Shown in pieces: positions 8,223 through 15,997 of a stretch of 59,592 nt of DNA (its first letter is position 1; each line of letters begins with the position of its first letter). The notes under the pieces were generated by a model. The model was not told where the DNA came from. It did no database searches and saw only the letters and a program-made list of their open reading frames with translations. This DNA comes from a virus (Duplodnaviria > Caudoviricetes): positions 1 to 59,592 of IMG/VR virus record IMGVR_UViG_3300021976_000014; one strand, written 5' to 3'. Position numbers and translations under genes: made by a program.

Positions 8223-9866
8223 ATGCCCTATAGCGCAACCCTAACCGCCCCTCCGGGCAATCAGGGCTCTGGCCAGCCCTACAACTGGTCTATTTCTAAC
8301 ACCGCCGCTGGCGGTGCCAATTTTCCCCCGGGCTCTGCGGATTGGTGGTTGTTTCAGGGCATCCTCGCTATCGAGGGAAAACAACGCGACCACGCCGTAC
8401 GGCTTGCTTATGTCGACGGCGACCATCCTCTACCCAACGGTGACCCACGGTATGTCAAAGCCCTCCGTGACTTTCAGGAGAAGGCAAAGACTAACTATAT
8501 CGAGCTGGCGACGTACGCCATTCTCCCCCGTCTTGAGCTGAAAGGCTTTCGGTTCGGTCGCCCTGGCGGCGACGCCGACGGTGACGGTGAAGAGAAGCCT
8601 GCTGAAGCGACTCCACCGGCAAACGCCACTGCGACGCAGACAGCGGCTCCAAAGCCTAAGCCCGGTCGTAAGGGTCTAGCAGACGTAGACGCCCGGAAGT
8701 CGTGGATGGCTAACGACATGGACTTCCAGATGGAGCGGTTCCTGAAGGACGCCGCCACCTTCGGGGAGAGCTATCTACTCGTCAGCCCTCCTGAAGAGGA
8801 CTCGGACGAACCTGTGTTGACGGTTGAGGACCCGCGCGTTTGTCACGTCTTCGCGGACCCTATTCGTCCTACGCGGTCGCTCGCATCAGTCCGGCTGTGG
8901 AGGGATATCTACCTCGGTAGAACGATTGCCGTTGTGGACACCGGTGACAGCATTCATATCTACTACGGCCCGGCCAACAGCGAGACCGTTTCCGCGTCCG
9001 TAGCGCTGGTTAACGGTGGATTCCAGTCAGTTGAAGTCCTTGATAACGAACTCGGAGAAGTATCTCTCGTACGGTGCCAATGGCGTCCAGACGGGAAGTC
9101 TGAGGCTGAGGGAATCTTCTCTATCCAGGACCGTATCAACCTGACGATTCTCGATCGACTGGTAATCACGAAGTCTCAGGCGTACCGCCAACGGTGGATG
9201 ACTGGTGGCCAGATCGCTCAGACCGGCAAGAAAGGCAAATCCGGTGTAGACCAGAAGCCGCCTTTTGATCCTGGCGCCGACACCCTGTGGCACGTTCCAG
9301 CTCCGGATGCCAAATTCGGGGACTTCGATCAGGTCGATATCAATCAGATCCTCTCAGCCGTCCGCGACGACGTAATCGACGCCGCGACAATCCAGCAGAT
9401 GCCCGCTCACTATCTAATGGGCAGGCTTGCGAACATCTCCGGCGACACGCTGACTCAGGCTGAGAGCGGATTCGTGATGCGAATCAAAGCCCGGATGCGC
9501 TCAGTCGGGTGGACGCTAGAGAAGGCTATGCGCCTGGTCTTCAAGCTCAAGGGCCAAGAGGCGAAGGCGAAAGAACTCGACGCGGAAGTCATTTGGGGAG
9601 ACCCAGAGGTCCGGTCGTTGGCTGAGAAGTCTGACGCCGTTATGAAGTTCTCTTCAGCGTTCGCTACCGCCCCGCCATTCCTTGTCCCTGTGCTGGCTCA
9701 GTTTATGAATCTTGACCCAGACCAAACCGAGCAACTGATAGCTGACGCTGAGGTCTACCAGGCGGAGCAAAAGGCTCGCGAAGACCAGCAGCTACAGCAG
9801 CAAACCGAAAGCCAAATCCAGGTCGCTAAGGCGACCAAACCACTTGACGTCAAGAAAACTCCCTAG
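8223..9866 (+). CDS. Portal protein (SPP1 gp6-like)
   Basis: Position after terL; motifs IQDRIN.TI.DRL...SQAYRQRW and P.HYL...LANISGD. Confidence 0.9.
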   Translation: MPYSATLTAPPGNQGSGQPYNWSISNTAAGGANFPPGSADWWLFQGILAIEGKQRDHAVRLAYVDGDHPLPNGDPRYVKALRDFQEKAKTNYIELATYAILPRLELKGFRFGRPGGDADGDGEEKPAEATPPANATATQTAAPKPKPGRKGLADVDARKSWMANDMDFQMERFLKDAATFGESYLLVSPPEEDSDEPVLTVEDPRVCHVFADPIRPTRSLASVRLWRDIYLGRTIAVVDTGDSIHIYYGPANSETVSASVALVNGGFQSVEVLDNELGEVSLVRCQWRPDGKSEAEGIFSIQDRINLTILDRLVITKSQAYRQRWMTGGQIAQTGKKGKSGVDQKPPFDPGADTLWHVPAPDAKFGDFDQVDINQILSAVRDDVIDAATIQQMPAHYLMGRLANISGDTLTQAESGFVMRIKARMRSVGWTLEKAMRLVFKLKGQEAKAKELDAEVIWGDPEVRSLAEKSDAVMKFSSAFATAPPFLVPVLAQFMNLDPDQTEQLIADAEVYQAEQKAREDQQLQQQTESQIQVAKATKPLDVKKTP

Positions 9867-9879
9867 AAGGGGACTATAG

Positions 9880-10416
9880 ATGGCCGCCGAAGACGCGACT
9901 CAGGAAGTCACCGCTACCACCACCGAAACAGAGACCACCGAGACCGAAACCGTAGAGCAAAAGAAGACCCTTGAGCAGTTGTCGCCAGAAGAGCTGGTTG
10001 GGTACGTCAAGACTCTGCGCGCAGAGAATGCCAAGCACCGCACCGAAAAGAACGCGAAAGAGGCGGAGCTGACGGAATTCCGGACCTGGAAAGAGTCTCA
10101 GAAATCCGACATCGAAAAGGCTAACGACGCCGCCGCTGCTGCCAAGAAGGAGAACACCGACCTTCTTCGGAAGAACGCCGGGCTGTTCTACGGCCTTGAT
10201 GAGGATCTGTTGGAGTTCGTCAACGGTAGCACTCCGGAGGAGATTCAGGCTTCGGCAGCGAAGCTCGCTGGCAAGACCGCACCCGTGCAGAAAAAGACTT
10301 CTGCCAGTGACGTCTTTGCCGGCAACCGTGGCGAACCTGTTGGTTCGGGTCCCAAGGACACGAAGCAGCTCGCGAACGATTATATGTCTCAACTCATTTG
10401 GGGTAACGGTCGCTAG
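9880..10416 (+). CDS. Scaffolding protein
   Basis: Acidic coiled coil with LRAENAKHR and G.TPEEI.A.A..L; lies upstream of the capsid gene. Confidence 0.8.
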   Translation: MAAEDATQEVTATTTETETTETETVEQKKTLEQLSPEELVGYVKTLRAENAKHRTEKNAKEAELTEFRTWKESQKSDIEKANDAAAAAKKENTDLLRKNAGLFYGLDEDLLEFVNGSTPEEIQASAAKLAGKTAPVQKKTSASDVFAGNRGEPVGSGPKDTKQLANDYMSQLIWGNGR

Positions 10417-10440
10417 GACCCACCCCTTTCTACCTTCCTG

Positions 10441-10464
10441 AGGCGGCCTCTGGTCGCCTTTTTG
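10441..10464 (+). terminator. Weak terminator/attenuator-like hairpin between scaffold and capsid
   Basis: AGGCGGCC-TCT-GGTCGCCT followed by TTTT. Confidence 0.4.
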
Positions 10465-10488
10465 CTTTCCCTGAAAAAGGAGTACTAG

Positions 10489-11580
10489 ATGGCTATTGCC
10501 ACCACAGCCGGTCTTTACCGGCATGAACAGGATGCGTCGATCACGTCCGTCGGCAACCGCGTCCGCGAGTTGCCTCCGGAGATCGCTAGCGAAATCCTGG
10601 ATGACGTAATCACCGGGAGCGCGGCGCTTCAGCTCGGCGCCGTCAGCCGGATGACCCGGCGTGAGAAGATCTTCAACCTCACCGAGACCCTTCCCGAGGC
10701 TTACTGGATTCGGGGCACTACGGCTACCGATAAGCCGGCCTTCGGTCCTGGTTCTAGTCAGACAGATTCTAGCCGCGAGGCTAAGGATCTGGCGATGAAG
10801 CAGACCACGAGTATGACGTGGACCCAGAAGCGCATGGAAGCTGAGGAGATGGCGGTTCTCGTTCCACTGCCGGATACCTGGAAGGCTGATAGCGACGTCG
10901 ATTTCGAGGAGATCAAGCCCTACCTCGTTGAGGCTATGTCAAAGAAGCTGGACGCTGCGATTCTGTTTGGCGAAGAGGTTCCCACTTCGTGGGTTGCCAG
11001 CGGTTTCCGAGGCATCCTCCCGGATGCTATCGGGCGCGGTAACAGCGTCGCTGCGACGTCGTACCCGGTGGTTGGCTCTTCGCCGGCACGCCTGGATTAC
11101 GGCCTCGCGATTGCTGCTCTTGCTGAGCAGATGGCTGAGGATGGTTACGACCCGACCGGGTTTGTGACTTACCCCGGCTTCAAGTGGAAACTCGTGCAGA
11201 TGCGCGGTAACAACGGTGAGCCGATCTACCAAGGCGCTCTCGTTGGCGCGGACGGCCGACCGGCCCAGACCGTCTACGGCGAGACCCTTGCTGAGGTCCG
11301 CTCGGGTATCTGGAATACCCACAAGGACGACGCACTGATCATCGCGGGCCAGTGGAACACCCTGAAGATTGGTATCCGTCAGGATATTGAATTCGCGGTG
11401 ACCGATTCCGCTCCGATTTTCAACCAGGCCGGGACGCTGGTTCTGAATACGTTCCAACAGGACGCGAAGGTTCTTCGTGCGACGTTCCGCGTCGCCGCGA
11501 ACGTCATCAACCCGTTGATGCGCCTCGGTGGCGAATACCCGTTCTCGGTCCTTCGTCCGGACGCTGACTACTCCAGCTAA
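10489..11580 (+). CDS. Major capsid protein (HK97 fold)
   Basis: LPPEIASEIL, AEE.AV.VP and D.AILFG motifs; G.W.....GIRQDI...FQQD...LR. The C-terminus is ...DYSS. Confidence 0.92.
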   Translation: MAIATTAGLYRHEQDASITSVGNRVRELPPEIASEILDDVITGSAALQLGAVSRMTRREKIFNLTETLPEAYWIRGTTATDKPAFGPGSSQTDSSREAKDLAMKQTTSMTWTQKRMEAEEMAVLVPLPDTWKADSDVDFEEIKPYLVEAMSKKLDAAILFGEEVPTSWVASGFRGILPDAIGRGNSVAATSYPVVGSSPARLDYGLAIAALAEQMAEDGYDPTGFVTYPGFKWKLVQMRGNNGEPIYQGALVGADGRPAQTVYGETLAEVRSGIWNTHKDDALIIAGQWNTLKIGIRQDIEFAVTDSAPIFNQAGTLVLNTFQQDAKVLRATFRVAANVINPLMRLGGEYPFSVLRPDADYSS

Positions 11581-11582
11581 AT

Positions 11583-11937
11583 GGAGTCCGGCCCTGGGCG
11601 CAGGTGTGGAGACTGACGCTCCCGCCGGACATGAAGACGGCCTCTCCGTGGCAAGCGGAGAGGCCGTCAACCCAAGGGTGCCTACACAACCCAAACGACC
11701 CGTAGGGGGCCGCAGGAGTCTTCCCCCTTCCAGGGGAAAACCCCATCCTACCTTCCGGCACCGCTGAACCCTTCGAGGCCGTACCGGAAGGCAAGTCTTC
11801 AGTTGGAGTCCGGCCCTCCCCAACCAGGGGAGGGCCGGAAGGCCCCGCGTTTGCGGGGAGGCCGCCGCCGCGTAGCTCTTGGAAGGACCGTTCGCAGCGG
11901 TAACCCGCTCCCGCCGTGCCACCCACGGACGGAAGCA
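11583..11937 (+). ncRNA. Candidate structured non-coding RNA (about 9 tandem hairpins)
   Basis: Non-coding gap with stems such as GACGGCCTCTCCG/CGGAGAGGCCGTC, CCTTCCGG/CCGGAAGG and TCCGGCCCTCCCC/GGGGAGGGCCGGA, joined by A-rich linkers. Confidence 0.5.
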
Positions 11938-11973
11938 ATTTCGTTGAAATCCTCGCAGACCAGGAGTCTCAAA

Positions 11974-13002
11974 ATCAAGATCCTTGCCTACGTCCACCGT
12001 TATCGCGGCATGAACCGGAACGCCGGAGGCGAGGTCAGCATACACGCCCTCCTACGCCACCTCAACGCCGCCGGGCATCAGTGCGTCGCCCTGGTGGCGG
12101 AGCCCACGGAGGCCCCCTCCTACCACCTAGACGGGGTGGGGGTCATCACCACCAACTCTCCGGCGGAGATCAAGGCCGCGCCGGTCGAGTACTTCCACGG
12201 TGCAGACGTCGTCGTTACCCAGCTCAACAGCTCGTACCGAGCAGGAATCCTCGGGAGGATGGTCGGCACTCCAGTAGTGCATTACGCGCACAACACCGGC
12301 CCTTTCACGACTCGGATGGTCGGCGGGCAGTGTGATGCCGCTATCTATAACACCGAGTGGGTACGCCGACATTGCGAGAGTCAGGGTATATGGACACCCG
12401 GCGAGATCCTGAGGCCGGTTGTCGACCCGGCGGAGTACGCCACCCCTAACACCAGGGCTAGGCGGCACATCACCCTCGTCAACCTCTCGACCGGTGACGA
12501 CGGGCTTTACGACAAGGGCTATCAGACCTTCTTCGAACTAGCCCGCAGAAACCCCGATCTCCCGTTCCTAGCTGTCCGGGGCGCCTACGGCATCCAAGCC
12601 TACGAGCCTTTGCCCAATGTCACCTACCTAGACCACACGAACGATATCACCGAGGTCTACAAGCGGACGAAGGTCTTACTCGTTCCGAGCAGATACGAAT
12701 CCTATGGTCGAGTGGCTGTTGAGGCTGCCGCCTCCGGCATCCCGAGTATTTGCACCCCCACCGAAGGGCTAGTGGAAGCCATGCAGGGCTCGGCGGCGTA
12801 CGCCGAATACGGCGACTACGACGCATGGAATGACCGGCTGAGCTACGTCCTCGGTGACCTCTCCACCGTATCCGGCTACGCCAAAGAGCGTTCCGCATTC
12901 CTCCACACCCAAACCCGGCAGGAACTAGAAGCCGTCGACTTGATGTTCCAGATCATCCACGAAGGCGGGCTACAGGATTTCTACGACTACAAACAGAGGT
13001 GA
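11974..13002 (+). CDS. Glycosyltransferase, GT-B fold (GT4-like)
   Basis: Motifs AGGE, KG...F and LVPSRYESYGRVAVEAAASGIP. Start uncertain (ATC 11974 behind AGGAG, or TTG 11944). Confidence 0.9.
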   Translation: MKILAYVHRYRGMNRNAGGEVSIHALLRHLNAAGHQCVALVAEPTEAPSYHLDGVGVITTNSPAEIKAAPVEYFHGADVVVTQLNSSYRAGILGRMVGTPVVHYAHNTGPFTTRMVGGQCDAAIYNTEWVRRHCESQGIWTPGEILRPVVDPAEYATPNTRARRHITLVNLSTGDDGLYDKGYQTFFELARRNPDLPFLAVRGAYGIQAYEPLPNVTYLDHTNDITEVYKRTKVLLVPSRYESYGRVAVEAAASGIPSICTPTEGLVEAMQGSAAYAEYGDYDAWNDRLSYVLGDLSTVSGYAKERSAFLHTQTRQELEAVDLMFQIIHEGGLQDFYDYKQR

Positions 13003-13005
13003 GAT

Positions 13006-13548
13006 TTGATCACTCTAGAGGAGTTGGGGGTTGCTCTCAATCGACCTATCGCCGCCGAAGAAGAACCGTACTACCAATACCTAATCGACTCCGTCACCGC
13101 GTACATCTCCTCTGAGACAGGTGTCGCGTTCAGCCTCCATACCGCTGAAACTGTTCGCTACCGCGCCGACGGTAGAGGGATTGTCGAGCCAATCGGCCCG
13201 GTGGTCAGCGTCAGTGCTATCGATCCAATCAGAGACCTGTGGTTTCCCTGGGACTGCACCCCGACGTACGACGGCCTCAGCGAAATCTACGGCCTCAATC
13301 CCTACGACGTCGTGGACGTCACGTACACCTACGGGTACGCACTCGGTGAAGCCCCTGAGGACATCAAGAACGTTGCGATAGAAGCCGTCGTAGGCGTCAT
13401 TGAAAGCGACGACCACCTAGGCGACCTCTCCGAAAAGACCGTAGGGGATATTACCTACAAGTACCGCTTCTCCGATCTCAACTTCTCATCCTTCTCTCTG
13501 GCGACTTTGAACGCCTACAGAGGGGTGGCGAAGACATGGCGGCTGTAG
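13006..13548 (+). CDS. Head-to-tail adaptor
   Basis: Synteny; motifs V.VTYTYGY...PEDI and E.TVGD..Y.Y. Confidence 0.75.
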   Translation: MITLEELGVALNRPIAAEEEPYYQYLIDSVTAYISSETGVAFSLHTAETVRYRADGRGIVEPIGPVVSVSAIDPIRDLWFPWDCTPTYDGLSEIYGLNPYDVVDVTYTYGYALGEAPEDIKNVAIEAVVGVIESDDHLGDLSEKTVGDITYKYRFSDLNFSSFSLATLNAYRGVAKTWRL

Positions 13549-13892
13549 GGACGACGACTGTCGTCCTCATCCGGGCTCCACTGGTGCCGAGCGTGCGCGG
13601 CGGTCAGCTCCAGCGGGATTGGGATAACGCCGTTGAGTACGTCATCACAGGCTGCTCTGTCCAGCCGTATGCCCTCTCCGAAAAGCTCTCCGTAGAGACT
13701 CTCGACAACCGCGAGCATGCCAGGTCGTCCGTGCGAGTTTACGCACCGTCTGGGTCTGAGATGCCTGAGTCGACCGACCGGGCGAGGTACGCGGGCATCA
13801 CCTGGGAGATATGGGCTTTCCCGGATGAGTGGCGCGACTTCGAAGACCGCCGGCACCACATCGCCTTCTCAATGCGCCACCGGGAGGGCTAA
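13536..13892 (+). CDS. Head-to-tail stopper
   Basis: Synteny; DWDNA...GCSVQP...DR..Y.G..WE...P..W pattern. Confidence 0.75.
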   Translation: MAAVGTTTVVLIRAPLVPSVRGGQLQRDWDNAVEYVITGCSVQPYALSEKLSVETLDNREHARSSVRVYAPSGSEMPESTDRARYAGITWEIWAFPDEWRDFEDRRHHIAFSMRHREG

Positions 13893-14251
13893 TGGGTTTT
13901 CGGGTCAAGGACGTTCGGATCGACAAGCAGAAAGTCCTAGCGATCACTGACGGACCTAAGTACGCGGAGTACGCGAAGTCCAGAGCTGAGCGACTGGTCG
14001 ATCTCGCGGTAGCGGTATTCGAGGCCGCTGAGACTGAGCCCGGCCACCGGAAGTCCGAAACCACTCCACCTGTGTACGTCCAGTCATTCGAGATCCGGAA
14101 GATCGGTCGGCGGTGGCGAGTCGTGAACACCGACCCCGGGGCGAACTTAGTGGAGTTCGGCGCACATCCACGAGGTGGGCCTACCCCAACTCTGCGCTAC
14201 GCGCCTATGCGGAAAGCACTTGATCTGCTGGAAGCGGAAGGAAGGTTGTAA
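13892..14251 (+). CDS. Neck/HK97 gp10-like protein
   Basis: A.LVEFG...P..PMRKAL motif; TAATG coupling to the upstream gene. Confidence 0.6.
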   Translation: MGFRVKDVRIDKQKVLAITDGPKYAEYAKSRAERLVDLAVAVFEAAETEPGHRKSETTPPVYVQSFEIRKIGRRWRVVNTDPGANLVEFGAHPRGGPTPTLRYAPMRKALDLLEAEGRL

Positions 14252-14683
14252 TTGGCCGAATGGATTCTCCACGGAGATCCAGCGTCAGCGGCGGTAGACA
14301 TCCTCACCAATCACACCCCTGAACTATCTCCTTATGCTCTCGTCGGCATTTCGAAGGACCTAGTTGGGTGGAGTGCGCCCGAACGATGGATTGTAGTTAC
14401 GCGCGAAGGCGGTCTGAAGCAGTGGCCGAAAATCAGTAAGCCTCGGCTTGATTTCTACGTCTACGCCGAAAGCGACAACACCGCCGCTGACATCATCGAT
14501 CTCGCCTCAGCAAGCATATTCCGCGCCGCAAAGCTCTATCGGGGCTATGGCGTCCGGTTACACCGGGTTGTGGAAGAGGTCGGGGCTATCGATTCCTACG
14601 ACAAATTCTCGGAGTGCGACAGGTATTTCATGACTCTGAGATGGACTACTACTCCCGATCCCGAATCACTTCCTCAACCCTAA
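14252..14683 (+). CDS. Tail terminator
   Basis: Synteny; V.REGG and P.LD..VYA motifs. Confidence 0.7.
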   Translation: MAEWILHGDPASAAVDILTNHTPELSPYALVGISKDLVGWSAPERWIVVTREGGLKQWPKISKPRLDFYVYAESDNTAADIIDLASASIFRAAKLYRGYGVRLHRVVEEVGAIDSYDKFSECDRYFMTLRWTTTPDPESLPQP

Positions 14684-14698
14684 AAGGAGGGTTACCTT

Positions 14699-15262
14699 TT
14701 GGCTACCAATTACAATCCCACTGAAGTTCGGCTTGCGCCGGATGGCCGGGTACGTGTTTCCCCGGTGGGCACTGCTGAGCCGGTTGACGCAACTACTGCA
14801 TTCGATCCCCTGTGGGCCGAACTTGGCTGGGTCACCGAGGACGGCGTCTCTGTTACGCCTTCGATTGACACCAACGATATCAACATGTGGCAGAGCATTA
14901 CCCCGGTGAAGCGACCGCTTACCGGCATGGGTCTTGAAATCTCTGTTCCGCTTGGCTCCTTTAATAGGGACACCCTCGCTTTGTATTTCCTGAATTCCGA
15001 GTGGTCGACCGTTGGTGCCACCGGCCGACTTGAGATGCCCAATGCGCCGGTGTCTCAGGAAGTCGCACTTTCTGTTGAATGGGAGGACGACGAAGGCGAT
15101 ATGAATCGCCTGATCTTCCCTCGCGCAACCATGACGGACCGCGACGCTCTCAACCTGGTGCGAGCTGACGCAATCACCCTTGGTTTGACTTTCGCGACCC
15201 TTGCCGGTCCTGACGGCTACAGCGCCGTTCTCCTGACCAACAACCCCGCCCTCGTTAGCTAA
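14699..15262 (+). CDS. Major tail tube protein
   Basis: LGWVTEDGV...I..WQS motif, strong RBS; C-terminus is ...PALVS. Confidence 0.85.
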   Translation: MATNYNPTEVRLAPDGRVRVSPVGTAEPVDATTAFDPLWAELGWVTEDGVSVTPSIDTNDINMWQSITPVKRPLTGMGLEISVPLGSFNRDTLALYFLNSEWSTVGATGRLEMPNAPVSQEVALSVEWEDDEGDMNRLIFPRATMTDRDALNLVRADAITLGLTFATLAGPDGYSAVLLTNNPALVS

Positions 15263-15289
15263 ACCACCCAAACCAAACCGAAAGAGTAA

Positions 15290-15565
15290 ATGATGTCCAG
15301 CGAGGCAATCAAAACCGAGGCGCAGGCCGCCGAAGTTACCTTCGAGTTCCGTGGCGAGACTTTCACTCTTCCGCCGAGCCTCAACGAAGCTGACGGCGAT
15401 GTCCTGGAATTCTATGAAGACGACAAGCCTATTAGCGCCTTGAAGGCGCTGCTTGGTGCCGATCAGTTTGCTCGGTATAAGCGCGTACTGCGGCCGAAAG
15501 TGAAGGATCACGTTGAGTTTATCGAGGCTGCTTTCGCTGCGCTCGGGACCAGCTCGGGGGAATAG
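15290..15565 (+). CDS. Tail assembly chaperone (G)
   Basis: Lies between tail tube and tape measure; ends at the slippery sequence GGGGGAA. Confidence 0.8.
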   Translation: MMSSEAIKTEAQAAEVTFEFRGETFTLPPSLNEADGDVLEFYEDDKPISALKALLGADQFARYKRVLRPKVKDHVEFIEAAFAALGTSSGE

Positions 15566-15993
15566 CTTGGCTAGCTAAGACACTCTCTGATGATCAGCTT
15601 CGCGAAATGATAGAGGCGGATTTCTGCCAATACTACAGCGGAGCTGATCTCAGGGACTTTTACCGCCGGGGTACGGGGATGACCTACCGGTGGGTGGCTA
15701 GTCATATCCGTCAACTCCCCCTCGATAGCCGTTGGGTCAAACACCACCGGGACAAAGACGGCCGGATCTGGGATCAGCAGGACCACCACCGGCAAGACAC
15801 CGTCGACATTCTTACTCAGATCCTCTACTACCTCCAAACTGACGTTCTGGCGACGATCAAAAAGTCTGACCGCCGGAAGGTCACCACGAGTTCTCCTGCC
15901 CGCCCGCTTCGACCGGGGGAGGAAAAAGCGAAACCCCAAATGACAGCGAAGGAAGATCTCAAGGTCTTCTTCTCTCACGCCCGAGGAGGGTAG
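15556..15993 (+). CDS. Tail assembly chaperone GT extension via -1 programmed frameshift
   Basis: GGGGGAA at 15556-15562; the -1 frame is open from there (GIAWLAKTL...MIEADF) to 15993. Confidence 0.8.
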   Translation, partial: GGIAWLAKTLSDDQLREMIEADFCQYYSGADLRDFYRRGTGMTYRWVASHIRQLPLDSRWVKHHRDKDGRIWDQQDHHRQDTVDILTQILYYLQTDVLATIKKSDRRKVTTSSPARPLRPGEEKAKPQMTAKEDLKVFFSHARGG

Positions 15994-15997
15994 AAGA

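Noticed and set aside
11803-11943. N-terminal extension of the GT-B gene
   Set aside because: Low-complexity Arg/Pro/Gly translation of the hairpin region; the GT fold starts near 11974.
10939-12045. Long minus-strand ORFs (e.g. 368 aa here, 281 aa at 14666, 292 aa at 18266) and the plus-strand ORF at 32579
   Set aside because: Antisense shadows of real high-GC genes with no motifs or RBS.
15556-15562. Programmed -1 frameshift as a novelty
   Set aside because: Standard tail assembly chaperone G/GT recoding.
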